From Candidatus Fervidifonticultor sextus (GTDB lineage Bacteria; Sysuimicrobiota; Sysuimicrobiia; Sysuimicrobiales; Humicultoraceae), in assembly GCA_031459875.1 (NCBI GenBank), contig JAVKHQ010000001.1, forward strand, positions 1-64,000: a DNA stretch of 64,000 bases. Reading direction: 5' to 3'. This document shows positions 39,933 through 51,739 of this stretch, piece after piece. Positions within the stretch are counted from its first letter, which is position 1. Each line of letters starts with the position of its first letter. The position numbers were made by a program, and so were the translations under genes. The notes under the pieces were generated by a model that had not been told where the DNA came from, made no database searches, and saw nothing but the letters and a program-made list of their open reading frames with translations.

Positions 39933-40868
39933 CTAGGATGACGCGGCGCGCTCCTCGGAGAACCACGCTGCGGCGATCTCGGCTGCCAGGCGCGCGTTGG
40001 CCTCGAGCAACGCCAGGTTCGTCTCCACCGTCCGGCCTCCGGTGGCCTGGGCCAGCGCGTTCAGCAGGAAGGGCGTCACCTCCGGGCCGGCGACCCCCTC
40101 CCTCCGGGCACGCGCCATCGCATGGGCCACCGCGTGGTCCAACTCCGGCGCGGCCAGCGCTACCCCAGCCGGTGGCGGCTGCACCACCAGGAGGGCGGCC
40201 TGACCTCCCATCCGCGTCCAGGCCCGCGCCATCGCCGCGATCTCCGCGGGGTGATCCACCCGGTGCGGGACCGACAGGCCGCTTTCGCCCGTCAGGAACG
40301 CCGGCAGCGTTCCGGTCCGGTAGCCCACCACCGGCACACCGAGCGACTCGAGGGCCTCGGCGGTCCGGCGGTGGTCGCAGAAGACCTTGGCGCCCCCGCA
40401 CACGACCACCAGAGGATACCGGCTCAACGCCACCAGGTCCGCCGAGACGTCACCCGTGCCCTCGGCGCCCAGAAGGACGCCGCCGATGCCGCCCGTGGCC
40501 ATGACCCGGATGCCCGCCGCGTGCGCGATGGCCAGCGTTCCGGCCACGGTGGTGCCGCCGGACCGCCGCCGGGCCACCGCGAACGGGAGGTCGCGCTCGG
40601 AGAGTTTCAGGACCTGGGGCGCTGTGAGGAACTGCCACTCCCCCAGGTCGATGCCGACTTCCGCGCGGCCGTCTCTGACCGCGACCAGCGCCGGAAGCGC
40701 CCCGGCCTCCTCAACCGCTGCTCCCAGCCGGGACGCCAGGCGGGCCGACGCTTCCGCCGGGAGGCCGTGCGAGAACACCGCGCTCTCCAGCGCGACCACC
40801 GGCCGGCTGCCAGCGAGCGCCGCCGCGACCCTGGGAGTCACAACAAGCCAGTCGGGCGCCGGACGCAT
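39933..40868 (-). CDS. psuG: pseudouridine-5'-phosphate glycosidase family protein (divergent)
   Basis: ALESAVFSHGLP, TTVAGT, ATGGIGGV, DVSADL, GAK, VTPFLL. Confidence 0.85.
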   Translation of the reverse strand: MRPAPDWLVVTPRVAAALAGSRPVVALESAVFSHGLPAEASARLASRLGAAVEEAGALPALVAVRDGRAEVGIDLGEWQFLTAPQVLKLSERDLPFAVARRRSGGTTVAGTLAIAHAAGIRVMATGGIGGVLLGAEGTGDVSADLVALSRYPLVVVCGGAKVFCDHRRTAEALESLGVPVVGYRTGTLPAFLTGESGLSVPHRVDHPAEIAAMARAWTRMGGQAALLVVQPPPAGVALAAPELDHAVAHAMARARREGVAGPEVTPFLLNALAQATGGRTVETNLALLEANARLAAEIAAAWFSEERAASS

Positions 40869-41776
40869 CAGGTCCCCTGCAGCACGGCGGCCAGGTCGGC
40901 CGGTGTGTTGTCCTCCGAGCGCACCACGAGCGAGGCCGCCGCGGCGGCCAGGTGGGCGGTGCGGTCAGGTTCCATCCTGGCCAGGTGCGCGTGCGCCGCC
41001 ACCGCCGCCACGGCATCCCCGGCTCCGGTGGGATCCACGACGACGACCTTTGGGGCCGGCGCGAAGGCTTCCTCCTGGGCCGTGACAATGCCGACCCCGC
41101 CGCTGCCCAGCGTGACCACCACGCACGCCACGCCATCGGTGAGCAGGGCGGCCCCCAGCGCCTGCCAGCTCAAGGTCGGCGGGAGTCCGGTCAGCGCCAG
41201 CGCCTCGGCGCGGTTGCAGACCACGACCGCGGCTCCTGCGAGCACGGATCTCAGGTGCGGCGCTTTCGCCGGCGAGGTCGCCAGCAGGACCCGTGGCCGC
41301 CCGGCGGCCATGGCCGCCAGCGCGCGCTGCGCCGTCTCGGACAGGTTGGCGTCGCTGATCACCAGAGCCGCCGTCTCCACGAGCGGCCGCCAGGCCTCCA
41401 GGTCGTCGACGACGAGGGCCTCAACGGCACCCGCATCGGCCACGCACCAGGCCTCGCCGTCCTGAGGTCCCACGGAGACGAACAGCCCGGTCCGGGACGT
41501 CCGCCTCACGTGCCCGACCTCCACGCCGGCCGCCGACGTCACCTGGAGCAGCCAGTCGCCGAGCGGGTCGGTCCCCACGGCGGATAGGAGCACCACGCGG
41601 TGTCCCAGGCGCGCCAGATTCACGGCGACGTTGCGGCCGGCCCCCCCGGGCAGGATCCTGACCGTCCCGGGCAACGAGATCCCCGGCGCCCAGCCCGCGC
41701 GCGCCGTCGCGCGCACATCCACCAGCGCGCCGCCCACTGTCACGATCTGCCCGCGGACAGGCGGATTTGGGCTCAT
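40868..41776 (-). CDS. psuK: PfkB family kinase, pseudouridine kinase-like
   Basis: GGAGRNVAVNLARLG, DANL, DPTGAGDA; translationally coupled to psuG. Confidence 0.75.
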   Translation of the reverse strand: MSPNPPVRGQIVTVGGALVDVRATARAGWAPGISLPGTVRILPGGAGRNVAVNLARLGHRVVLLSAVGTDPLGDWLLQVTSAAGVEVGHVRRTSRTGLFVSVGPQDGEAWCVADAGAVEALVVDDLEAWRPLVETAALVISDANLSETAQRALAAMAAGRPRVLLATSPAKAPHLRSVLAGAAVVVCNRAEALALTGLPPTLSWQALGAALLTDGVACVVVTLGSGGVGIVTAQEEAFAPAPKVVVVDPTGAGDAVAAVAAHAHLARMEPDRTAHLAAAAASLVVRSEDNTPADLAAVLQGT

Positions 41777-42602
41777 GCCGTCCCCTGGTCAGCCGGCGGC
41801 CGGTGGCCCGCCAGCCGGAGGGCCTCGTTGACGAGGTGCTGCTTGGCAAAATCCCCTCCGCTCACCCAGCGCAGGAGGCCCTCGCGCCCCAACACCTCGC
41901 GCCGGATCTGCGAGGGCGACCGGCCCGCCGCTGCCAGCTGCCAGACGCGGGCGCAGAGGCCCTCCCAGTAGGCCAGCTTGGCCGCCAGCGCCCGCTGCCC
42001 ATCATCGATCACCGCGCCGAGGCTGCAGAACAGCCGCCGGACCGGCAGCGCCGCGACATGTCGCAGCGACGCCAGACTCTCCCCCAGGTGTTCGTCCCGG
42101 CGCAGGTACTTCACGCGCTCGCCCAGATACAGGTCGGCAGCGAACAGCCAGCCTGTGCGTTCTTCGAACAGGACTACCTGATCAGGGCTGTGCCCCGGGG
42201 CGTGGATCACGCGGAAGGCGTAGCGGTCGGTGGTGAGCTCTCCCCCCAGTGGTTCGGGGTCACAGGGAGGCGGGGTGCCCCACACGACCCTCCGGTAGAT
42301 CGGGAGGTGCGGGTCGGGATGGCGCAGCCGCTCGATCCCCAGGGGATGGATCCTGGCCCGCAAGCCGGCGCGCGCTCCGACCGCGGCATTGCCGCCCACG
42401 TGGTCCTCATGGTGATGGGTGTTGACGACCTGCCTGACCGCATAGCCGTCCAGCGCTGCGGCGAACTCCGCGGCAGTGTGCGCGCACCCGGTGTCGATCA
42501 CCAGGCCATCCACGTGGAAGGCGCAGACCCAGTACAGCGGCCGGCCGAAGGCCACGCGCGCCATGCGGAACTGCGTCACCGGGCCGTAGGTCCTGACACG
42601 GA

Positions 42603-42606
<4 letters not shown>
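41773..42606 (-). CDS. metallo-beta-lactamase fold hydrolase
   Basis: IDTG, THHHEDHVGG, PGHS, ADL; GTG 42606 overlaps the upstream stop. Confidence 0.88.
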
Positions 42607-43586
<980 letters not shown>

Positions 43587-43588
43587 CG

Positions 43589-44731
43589 CTAGCTCCCTTC
43601 CGCCACCGCGGCGATCGGGGATCCACCCAGCGCGCGCTCCGCCTCGCGCTTGCGGTGGACCCGGACGTACCGTGTGAGCAGTTCGTAGGCGACGACGATG
43701 GCCAGGATGATGACCGCCTGCAGGATGGTGATGACCTCGCGGGGGACGCCGGCGAAGACCTGGACGCCCTGGGCCCCGCGATCCAGGAATCCGAAGAGGA
43801 GGGCCGCCGGGATGATCCCCAGCGGGTGGTTGCGGGCCAGCAGCGCGACCGAGATGCCGGCGAAGCCCAGCCCCTTGGGGAAGTCGATGTCGAAGTAGCC
43901 GAAGAAGCCCAGAATGTCCGACAGGCCGACCAGGCCGGCGACGGCGCCGGCGGCCATGAACATCACGAACCGGACCCGGTCCAGGCTGATTCCCGCCGCC
44001 TCGGCGGCGGCCGGGTTTGAGGCGACGGCCCGCACCTCATAGCCGAAGCGGCTGCGGGCCAGCACGTAGGCGGCCCCAGCGCACATCACCACCCCCACCA
44101 CCAAAAACCAGTTCAGCGCCGAGTGCTCGGGGATCTCCAGGCCGATCCGCTGCAGCAGCGGCCCCAGCAGGGGCATCCGCGCGCTGTCGGGCAACAACGG
44201 GGTCCGGACGCGGGGCGTACCGGCCTGGGTCGGATCGCGGAAGACGTCGGCCAGCAGGTAGAGGACCAGCGCCCCGGCGATGTAGTTCATCATGATCGTC
44301 GTGATGACCTCGTGGGCGCCGCGCCGGAGCTTGAGGGCGATGGGCACGAAGGCCCACAGCGCCCCCCCGGCCGCGCCGGCCAGCACCGCCAGGGGCAGGT
44401 GGACGCCCGCCGGCAGGCCGCCGATGGAGAACCCCACCCAGGCCGCGGCGAACGCGCCGACGTAGTACTGGCCCTCGACCCCGATGTTCCACACGGAGGC
44501 GCGGAACGAGAGCGCCACCGCCAGACCCGAGAAGAGCAGCGGCGTGGCCTTGAAGCAGATCGCCGCCAGGCTGTCGAGGCGCGCGAGGCTGAAGCGCACC
44601 ATGATGGCGTACACCTCCAGCGGGTTCTGCCCGAGGGCGAGGATGATCCCGGCCGCGATCAGGGCTCCCGCGAGGATGGCGATCAGCGGGGCGAGGATCT
44701 GGAGGAGGCCCAGCCGGACGCGTGCGCTCAT
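43589..44731 (-). CDS. nucleoside ABC transporter permease (NupB-like)
   Basis: NIGVEGQ, HEVITTIMMNY, GFAGISVALLARNHP. Confidence 0.92.
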   Translation of the reverse strand: MSARVRLGLLQILAPLIAILAGALIAAGIILALGQNPLEVYAIMVRFSLARLDSLAAICFKATPLLFSGLAVALSFRASVWNIGVEGQYYVGAFAAAWVGFSIGGLPAGVHLPLAVLAGAAGGALWAFVPIALKLRRGAHEVITTIMMNYIAGALVLYLLADVFRDPTQAGTPRVRTPLLPDSARMPLLGPLLQRIGLEIPEHSALNWFLVVGVVMCAGAAYVLARSRFGYEVRAVASNPAAAEAAGISLDRVRFVMFMAAGAVAGLVGLSDILGFFGYFDIDFPKGLGFAGISVALLARNHPLGIIPAALLFGFLDRGAQGVQVFAGVPREVITILQAVIILAIVVAYELLTRYVRVHRKREAERALGGSPIAAVAEGS

Positions 44732-46251
44732 GCGGGCGGCCCGGCGGGCGTGGTGCCGGTCATGTAGAGCCCGAGCTCGCGGGGCGTACTGGCCCCGCGG
44801 GGGAACTCGGCGACGATCTGCCCGGCGTGGATGACCCCGATGCGGTCGGCCAGCGAGAGGATCTCGTCCAGCATGGCGGAGACCAGCAGGACCGCCATGC
44901 CGGCTGACCGCGCCTCCAGGATCTGGCGCCGGACGAACTCGGTGGCGCCGATGTCCAGCCCGCGCGTGGGCTGGGCGGCCACGAGCACCCGGGGGGCAAA
45001 CCCGAACTCCCGGGCGACCACAACCTTCTGCTGGTTGCCCCCGGACAGCGCCAGGACCGGGGTCCGCAGGGACGGGGTCCGCACGTCGAAGCGCGCCACC
45101 CGGTCGGCGGCAAACTGGATGGCCGCCGCCCGGTCGAGGAAGGCGCCGCGGCCGAACTCCGCCCGCACGTGGTGGCCCAGGATGAGGTTCTCCCAGACCT
45201 CCATGGGCAGGACGAGGCCGCGGCGGTGGCGGTCCTCGGGGATGTGGGCGACGCCGAGCAGCCGGATACCGCGCGGGCCGGCCCGCGTGACGTCCTGCCC
45301 GGCAACGCGCAACCGGCCGGAGACGAACGGCCGCAGGCCGACCAGGGCTTCGACCAGTTCGGACTGCCCGTTGCCCTCCACTCCGGCGAGCCCGTAGATC
45401 TCCCCTGCCCGCACCGCCAGCGACACCCCGCGCACCGCCGGCCGGCCGCGGCTGCCCATGACCACGGCGTCGTCCACCTGGAGCCGGGCTTCGCCCGGCG
45501 TCACGTCCGCGACCGGGAGATCCATCAGCACCGGGCGGCCTACCATCATCTCGGCGATCTGGGCCTTGGTGGCTCCCGCGGCGGCCAGCGTGCCGGCCAC
45601 GCGCCCGCCCCTCAGGACGGTGATCCGGTCGGCGATCGCCAGCACCTCTTCCAGAATGTGGCTGATGAAGACGACAGTCTTGCCCTCCGCCCGCAGCCGG
45701 CGCAGGTTGGCGAAGAGGTCGTCCACCTCCTGGGGGGTGAGCACGGCGGTCGGCTCGTCGAGGATCAGCACCTCGGCGCCCCGGTAGAGGACCTTGATGA
45801 TCTCGACCCGCTGCTGCTCGCCCACCGACAGCCCCTCCACGGCGGCATCGGGATCGACCGCCAGGCCGTACTGGTCGGCCAGCCCGGCGATGCGGGCGCG
45901 GGCCCGGGCCAGGTCCAGCCGGCCGGCGCGGGCGGGCTCGGACCCCAGCATCACGTTCTCAGCCACGGTGAACCGGGGGATCAGCATGAAGTGCTGGTGG
46001 ACCATGCCGATCCCCAATTGAATCGCGGCGCGGGGCGAGTCGAGCACCACGGGACGGCCGCGCACGGCGATGGATCCCTCGTCGGGCTGGTAGAGCCCGT
46101 AGAGGATCTTCATCAGGGTGGACTTGCCGGCGCCGTTCTCGCCGACCAGCGCGTGGATCTCCCCGGGCTCAATCGCCAGCGAGATCCGGTCGTTGGCGAC
46201 CACGCCGGGAAAGCGCTTGGTGATCCGGTGCAGTGCGACGACCGAGGCCAT
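44728..46251 (-). CDS. nucleoside ABC transporter ATP-binding protein (tandem NBD, NupA-like)
   Basis: GENGAGKST, IGMVHQHF, LDEPT, LSGGNQQK, QPTRGLD. Confidence 0.94.
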   Translation of the reverse strand: MASVVALHRITKRFPGVVANDRISLAIEPGEIHALVGENGAGKSTLMKILYGLYQPDEGSIAVRGRPVVLDSPRAAIQLGIGMVHQHFMLIPRFTVAENVMLGSEPARAGRLDLARARARIAGLADQYGLAVDPDAAVEGLSVGEQQRVEIIKVLYRGAEVLILDEPTAVLTPQEVDDLFANLRRLRAEGKTVVFISHILEEVLAIADRITVLRGGRVAGTLAAAGATKAQIAEMMVGRPVLMDLPVADVTPGEARLQVDDAVVMGSRGRPAVRGVSLAVRAGEIYGLAGVEGNGQSELVEALVGLRPFVSGRLRVAGQDVTRAGPRGIRLLGVAHIPEDRHRRGLVLPMEVWENLILGHHVRAEFGRGAFLDRAAAIQFAADRVARFDVRTPSLRTPVLALSGGNQQKVVVAREFGFAPRVLVAAQPTRGLDIGATEFVRRQILEARSAGMAVLLVSAMLDEILSLADRIGVIHAGQIVAEFPRGASTPRELGLYMTGTTPAGPPA

Positions 46252-46258
46252 GCGTGTG

Positions 46259-46281
46259 GCGGGGGCGGCCGCCGCCCCCGC
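46259..46281. other. GC-rich intercistronic hairpin after the solute-binding gene
   Basis: GCGGGGGCGG-CCG-CCGCCCCCGC, 10-bp stem. Confidence 0.55.
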
Positions 46282-46289
46282 GGGTCGGG

Positions 46290-47348
46290 CTACTTCAGCG
46301 CCTTGACGAAGGCCTCGAGCTGCTTGCGGTCGGATGGGACCTTGATCTTCCCGGCGATGATGTCTTTCTTGAGGGCCTCCAGGCGCGGGATGATGTCCTT
46401 GATCATCTCGCGGTTGTGGTCGTTGACCGCGTAGCCGACGCCGCCCTCCCTCAGCCCGAAACTCCGCACCCCGGCCCGGTAGCGCCCGCCCACTAGGTCC
46501 TTGATGGTCTCGTAGACGGCCACGTCGACCCGCTTCATCATGCTGGTCAGGATCTGCGCCCGCTGGTCCGGTTTGGCGGTCAGCGACTGGTCCGCGTCCA
46601 CGCCGATGGCCAGTTTCTTCTTGGCCACCGCGGCCTCGAAGACGCCGATCCCGGTGCCGCCGGAGGCGTGGTAGATGATGTCGGCGCCCCGGTCGTACTG
46701 GGCCGTGGCCAGCTCCTTCCCCTTGACCGGATCGCGGAACGCCTCGCCGGTGGTCCCGGCGTAGTCCGAGAACACCTCGATGGACGGCCTGACGTACTTG
46801 GCGCCCGCGATGTAGCCCGCCTCGAACTTCTCGATCAGGGGAATCTTCATGCCGCCCACGAACCCGATCTTCCCGGTCTTGGACTTCAGGGCGGCGGCCG
46901 CGCCCACCAGGAACGAGCCCTCGTGCTCGTTGAACAGCAGGCTGACGACGTTGGGTTCCTTGTCGATGAAGCCGTCCACGATGCCGAACTTCACGCCGCG
47001 GAAGGCCCGGGCCACCCGCGTGATGCTGTCGGTGAACAGGAATCCGATGCCGAAGATCAGGTCGTACTTCTCCCCCGCCAGCAGCCGCAGCAGTTCCTCC
47101 CGGTTCTCCCCGCCGGCGGTGGGTTCCAGATCCTTGACCTCGATCCGGTCCCGGAAGTCCTTCTGGGCCCGTGAGAGACCCTCGTAGGCCATGTCGTTGA
47201 ACGAGAGGTCGCCGCGCCCCCCCACGTCGTAGACCATGCCGACGCGCAGCTTTTTGGCCTGAGCCCCGACCACTGCCGGCCCGACGGACCAGACCAGGCC
47301 CACCAGCACCATTACGACCGCCGCCGCACGCAACGCGACGCGCTTCAT
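46290..47348 (-). CDS. BMP family nucleoside-binding protein (BmpA/PnrA-like), no lipobox
   Basis: DVGGRGDLSFN, FNEHEGSFLVG, GADIIYHASG, IGVDADQ, SMMKRVD; signal ends AQA without Cys. Confidence 0.92.
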   Translation of the reverse strand: MKRVALRAAAVVMVLVGLVWSVGPAVVGAQAKKLRVGMVYDVGGRGDLSFNDMAYEGLSRAQKDFRDRIEVKDLEPTAGGENREELLRLLAGEKYDLIFGIGFLFTDSITRVARAFRGVKFGIVDGFIDKEPNVVSLLFNEHEGSFLVGAAAALKSKTGKIGFVGGMKIPLIEKFEAGYIAGAKYVRPSIEVFSDYAGTTGEAFRDPVKGKELATAQYDRGADIIYHASGGTGIGVFEAAVAKKKLAIGVDADQSLTAKPDQRAQILTSMMKRVDVAVYETIKDLVGGRYRAGVRSFGLREGGVGYAVNDHNREMIKDIIPRLEALKKDIIAGKIKVPSDRKQLEAFVKALK

Positions 47349-47421
47349 CGCTCTCACCCCTTTCCGTGGCGAACGTGGTGCAGGGGGGTACTTCTGGCCG
47401 GACGAAGGAGAGTCCTGTGGA

Positions 47422-49836
47422 TCACTGCGGGGCGGCCGGCTTCCGTCGCAGCATCCGCTCCAGGTCATCCAGTCCGATGAGAACCTCACGGGGATTGCTG
47501 CCCTGGACCGGCCCCACCACGCCGCGCGCCTCCAGCTCGTCGATCAGACGCGCGGCGGTGACATAGCCGATGCGCATCTTGCGCTGCAACAGGGAGACCG
47601 ACCCGTACCCGGAGCGGACCACCAGCCGTGCTGCTTCGATGAGCCGTTCGCTGTCCTCGGCGTCGTCGGGCGCCGCAGACCGCTGGGCCTCGACCAGCTG
47701 CGCATCGTAGACCGGCCGCCCCTGCCGCCGCCACCACTCCACCACCGCCCGGATCTCGTCGTCGCCGATGTACGCCCCCTGCGCACGGATCGGGCGCGCC
47801 GCGCCCAGGGGCAGGAAGAGCATGTCGCCCCGCCCGAGCAACTTCTCGGCGCCCGGCATGTCGATGACCACCCGGCTGTCTACCTGACTGGAGACCGCAA
47901 ACGCCAGGCGCGACGGGATGTTGGCCTTGATGAGCCCGGTGATGACATCCACCGACGGCCGCTGGGTGGCCACCACCAGGTGGATGCCGGTGGCGCGGGT
48001 CATCTGCGCCAGCCGGCAGATGATGTCCTCGAAGTCGGCCGGCGCCACCATCATCAGGTCGGCCAGCTCGTCGATGATGATGACGATGTAGTACAGGGGT
48101 TCGACGTCGGCCAGCTGGTTGTAGCTCTGAATGTTGCGTGCGCCGGCCTGCGCGAACCGCTCGAACCGCTGCTCCATGACCCGGAGCATGTCCTTGAGGA
48201 CGCTGGCCGCCTGGCGCGGGTTGGTCACCACCGGGGTCAGCAGGTGCGGGATCTCGTTGTAGTCGGTGAGTTCGACCCGCTTGGGATCGATCATGACAAA
48301 CCGCACCTGCCGCGGTGTGCTGCGGAACAACAGGCTGGCGATCATCGCATTGAGGGCCACCGACTTCCCCGACCCTGTGGCCCCGGCGATCAGCAGGTGG
48401 GGCATCTCGGTGAGGTCCGCCACGATGGGGTGGCCGGCGATGTCCTTGCCGATCCCCACCACGAGCGGCGAGGTCGCCTTCTGGAAGATCTCCGAGGTCA
48501 GGATTTCGCGGAGGTGCACCAGGCTCGCCCGCTGGTTGGGGATCTCGATGCCCACTGCCGACTTCCCGGGAATGGGGGCTTCGATGCGGACGCTCTGCGC
48601 GGCCAGGTTGAGGGCGATGTCCTGGGTCAGGCTGGTGATCTTCTGGACCCTGACCCCGGGCTCGGGCTGGACCTCGAAGCGCGTCACGACCGGGCCCACC
48701 TCCCAGTGCACCACCCGCACCTTGACCCCGAAACTCTCCAAAGTCTGCTCCAGGGCCCGGGCGGTATCCGCCGGGTCGATCCGGGCCTTCGTCCGGGACG
48801 TCCCGGCATCCCCCATGACTGACAGCGCCGGGAGGCGGTAGTCTGCGTCCTCAAACGCCAGACGCGCCTGCCCGGCCTCAGGGGCAGGCTTGGTGGAGGA
48901 GCGCCGGGCCGCCCCGCGGCGGCGGTCCTGGGCGGGAGGCTCGCCTGGAGAGGGCCGGGGGCCCTCTGGGCCCCCTTCCAGGGGTTCCCGGGCCGCCGGG
49001 GCGGGTTGGGCATCGCCCACCCCCGTCTCGGCGGGCCTGGGGGCCTCCAGCGGGCCCTCAGGCGGCGTTCCCAGGCCCGCCGGGGCACCTGCCGGGACAG
49101 ACAGCGGTTCGGCCATGGCTTGGCGCGGCCAGGCAGCGTGGCCGCGCTCCGCCAGACGGCCCATCCAGCCCGCGGCGGTCGCGCGCAGGTGGACCAGGCC
49201 GCGTCCGGCCGCGCGGACGCCGGCTGCCGCGGCCGGCCCTGCGGCGGCCCAGAGCCGCTTCGTGCCCTTCCCAACCAGCCTGACTGCGAGGAGGACCCCC
49301 TCTCCCAGCCACCCCAACAGGAAGAGGATCCCCCTGCCCGCGGCCCTCAGCCCGGCCCCCAGTGAGGCCGTGGTCACGCCGGTCAGCAGCCCCAGGCCGG
49401 TCGCCGCCAGGATCCCGATGATCACCCACATCCCCGGTCTGCCGAGGAGACTGGCCGCCGCCCAGGTCAACCCTGCACCCACCAGCCCGGCGCCGGCGCC
49501 CTCCTGTCCGCCGGCCAGCAGGTCCCCCGAGACCATTCTGGCATGGACCGCCATCAGCACCGAGACGGCCGCCATCAGGATCCCGCTCACGCGTCGGGTG
49601 AACCGCGCCCGTGCGCCCGCAGCCACGAGGACCATCCCCGCCAGGAACAGGCAGGCCGGGACGGCCACTGCCGCGACCCCGAAAAGCCGGCGCTGCCAGA
49701 CGGCCAGCACGACCGCGATGCCCGTCGCGCCCGGCAGGTACGAGATCGCCAGCAGCACGCCGGCCAGGGCGACCGCCAGGCCGGCGGCCGGCTTCCGGCT
49801 GTGGAAAGACCTGTCGCGTCCGCGTCGGCTGGACAT
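47422..49836 (-). CDS. ftsK: DNA translocase FtsK/SpoIIIE
   Basis: N-terminal TMs, PHLLIAGATGSGKS, IDELADLMM, ATQRPSVDVITG, gamma domain SVSLLQRKMRIGY. Confidence 0.96.
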   Translation of the reverse strand: MSSRRGRDRSFHSRKPAAGLAVALAGVLLAISYLPGATGIAVVLAVWQRRLFGVAAVAVPACLFLAGMVLVAAGARARFTRRVSGILMAAVSVLMAVHARMVSGDLLAGGQEGAGAGLVGAGLTWAAASLLGRPGMWVIIGILAATGLGLLTGVTTASLGAGLRAAGRGILFLLGWLGEGVLLAVRLVGKGTKRLWAAAGPAAAAGVRAAGRGLVHLRATAAGWMGRLAERGHAAWPRQAMAEPLSVPAGAPAGLGTPPEGPLEAPRPAETGVGDAQPAPAAREPLEGGPEGPRPSPGEPPAQDRRRGAARRSSTKPAPEAGQARLAFEDADYRLPALSVMGDAGTSRTKARIDPADTARALEQTLESFGVKVRVVHWEVGPVVTRFEVQPEPGVRVQKITSLTQDIALNLAAQSVRIEAPIPGKSAVGIEIPNQRASLVHLREILTSEIFQKATSPLVVGIGKDIAGHPIVADLTEMPHLLIAGATGSGKSVALNAMIASLLFRSTPRQVRFVMIDPKRVELTDYNEIPHLLTPVVTNPRQAASVLKDMLRVMEQRFERFAQAGARNIQSYNQLADVEPLYYIVIIIDELADLMMVAPADFEDIICRLAQMTRATGIHLVVATQRPSVDVITGLIKANIPSRLAFAVSSQVDSRVVIDMPGAEKLLGRGDMLFLPLGAARPIRAQGAYIGDDEIRAVVEWWRRQGRPVYDAQLVEAQRSAAPDDAEDSERLIEAARLVVRSGYGSVSLLQRKMRIGYVTAARLIDELEARGVVGPVQGSNPREVLIGLDDLERMLRRKPAAPQ

Positions 49837-49841
49837 CCCTG

Positions 49842-50648
49842 CTACCTCACCGTGGCCAGCACCACGAGGCCGACCGCCCAGCAGTAGACGCTCATGTACA
49901 GCAGCCGACCGCGCCGGACGATCTCCAACAGCCACCGGATCGCCAGCGCGCCGAAGATGGCCGCTGTCACGGCACCCACCAGCAGGTGGAGCGGGGCGTA
50001 GCCCACCTGGGCCGCTTCACCGGCGTCCTTCATCGCGAAGGCGCCGGCCCCCAGGATTGCCGGGATGGCCATGAGGAAGGAGAGCCTGGCGGCCTCGGTC
50101 CGTCGCAGCCCCGACCCGATCCCGGCCACGATAGTGGCTCCAGAGCGCGAGATGCCCGGGATGATCGCGGCGGCCTGCGCGAGGCCCATCACGACACCGT
50201 CCCGCAGCGTGGCCTCTCCTGCGGCCCGGTGCCCGCGTTCGCGGCTGGCCAGGAGGATCAGCCCGGTCACCATGAGCTGGTAGGCGGTGCCGCGGACCGA
50301 CAGGAACGTCCGCTCCAGCGGCCCGGCAAACGCCAGACCCAGCGCGCCGGTGAGGACGGTTGCCACCACGATGACCGCCGCCATTCGACCGTCGGGGGTA
50401 CTTTGTCCTCGGAACACGACAGCCGGCCGCGCGATCACCTCAGGCAGGGCCCGCACCAGCCGGCTGACATCCGGCCAGAACATGAAGATCGCCGCCGCGG
50501 CGGTGCCCAGGTGCAGCACCGCCTCGAGCACGAGTCCGGGCCGGGGGATGCCCAGGTAGTGCTCGACAAAGAGCAGGTGGGCACTGCTGCTGACGGGAAG
50601 GAACTCGGTCAGCCCCTGGACGAGGCCGAGGACCACGAGGTCCCGCAT
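49842..50648 (-). CDS. uppP: undecaprenyl-diphosphate phosphatase
   Basis: VQGLTEFLPVSSSAHL, PGISRSGAT. Confidence 0.95.
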   Translation of the reverse strand: MRDLVVLGLVQGLTEFLPVSSSAHLLFVEHYLGIPRPGLVLEAVLHLGTAAAAIFMFWPDVSRLVRALPEVIARPAVVFRGQSTPDGRMAAVIVVATVLTGALGLAFAGPLERTFLSVRGTAYQLMVTGLILLASRERGHRAAGEATLRDGVVMGLAQAAAIIPGISRSGATIVAGIGSGLRRTEAARLSFLMAIPAILGAGAFAMKDAGEAAQVGYAPLHLLVGAVTAAIFGALAIRWLLEIVRRGRLLYMSVYCWAVGLVVLATVR

Positions 50649-50794
50649 GGCGGCGCTCCTGCGTCTGCTGCGTCGAAGGGTCCGATGCTTACCATGTGGC
50701 GACCGACCCACCGTACGGACGTTCGACGGCGCGGGCCATTGCCCTGCCGGGTGAGGCCGTCGACGCTGCTGGCGAAGGACCGTGCGTCGCGGCG

Positions 50795-51688
50795 TCAGGC
50801 GGGTGTCGGCACCAGATTGAGCTGGTGCAGGACCGCCCGGATCTGTTCCTCCTCCTTGGGCGTCGCATCCACCAACGGCAGCCGCACGCGGCCGCAGTCG
50901 AAGCCCGCCAGGCGCATGGCGGCCTTCACCGGGACGGGGTTGGTCGTGATGAACAGCACCTTGAACAGCGGCCACAGCCGGCGGTGGATCGCCAACGCGT
51001 CCGCAGGCCTGCCCTCGAAGTGGGCCCGGATCATCTCCTGGATCTGTCGGGCCACCAGGTGCCCGGCCACGCTGACGACCCCGGTCGCGCCCACCGCCAG
51101 TTTCGGCAGGGTCAGGCTGTCGTCTCCGCTATAGATGAGGAAGCGGTCGGGCGTCCGCACGCGGATGTCGGAGACCTGATCCAGGCTGCCGGCGGCCTCC
51201 TTGAGGGCCACGATGTTGGGAATCTCTGCCAGGCGCGCGATGGTCTCGGGCGTGCAGTTCACGCCGGTGCGGCCCGGGATGTTGTAGAGCATGGCCGGCA
51301 GCGGCGTGCTCTCGGCGATGGCCCGGAAGTGCGCGTACAGCCCGTCCTGCGAAGGTCGGTTGTAGTACGGGTTCACCAGCAACAGGCCGTCGGCCCCGGC
51401 CCGGTGGGCCTCCTGGGAGAGGTGGATCGAGTGGGCCGTGTTGTAGGTCCCGGTGCCGGCGATGACCTTGCCGCGGTCCCCCACGGCCTCCTTAACGGTG
51501 CGAAACAGGCGGATCTTCTCGTCGTCGGACAGCGTCGGCGATTCCCCGGTGGTCCCGGCGACCACCAGGCCGTCGTTGCCGTCGTCGATCAGGCGCCGGG
51601 CGAGCGCGGCCGCCTTCGGGTAGTCCACCTCGCCGCGGCTGTCGAACGGCGTCACCATGGCGGTGATCACATGACCGAAGAGCGCCAT
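50795..51688 (-). CDS. dapA: 4-hydroxy-tetrahydrodipicolinate synthase
   Basis: TAMVTPF, GTTGESPTL, PYYNRP, YNIPGRT, LKEA, NPVPVK. Confidence 0.96.
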   Translation of the reverse strand: MALFGHVITAMVTPFDSRGEVDYPKAAALARRLIDDGNDGLVVAGTTGESPTLSDDEKIRLFRTVKEAVGDRGKVIAGTGTYNTAHSIHLSQEAHRAGADGLLLVNPYYNRPSQDGLYAHFRAIAESTPLPAMLYNIPGRTGVNCTPETIARLAEIPNIVALKEAAGSLDQVSDIRVRTPDRFLIYSGDDSLTLPKLAVGATGVVSVAGHLVARQIQEMIRAHFEGRPADALAIHRRLWPLFKVLFITTNPVPVKAAMRLAGFDCGRVRLPLVDATPKEEEQIRAVLHQLNLVPTPA

Positions 51689-51739
51689 CTCCTCCCCTCC
51701 TTCCTCCCCCACCTCCTGCCGGTTTCGTCCGGCGTTTCC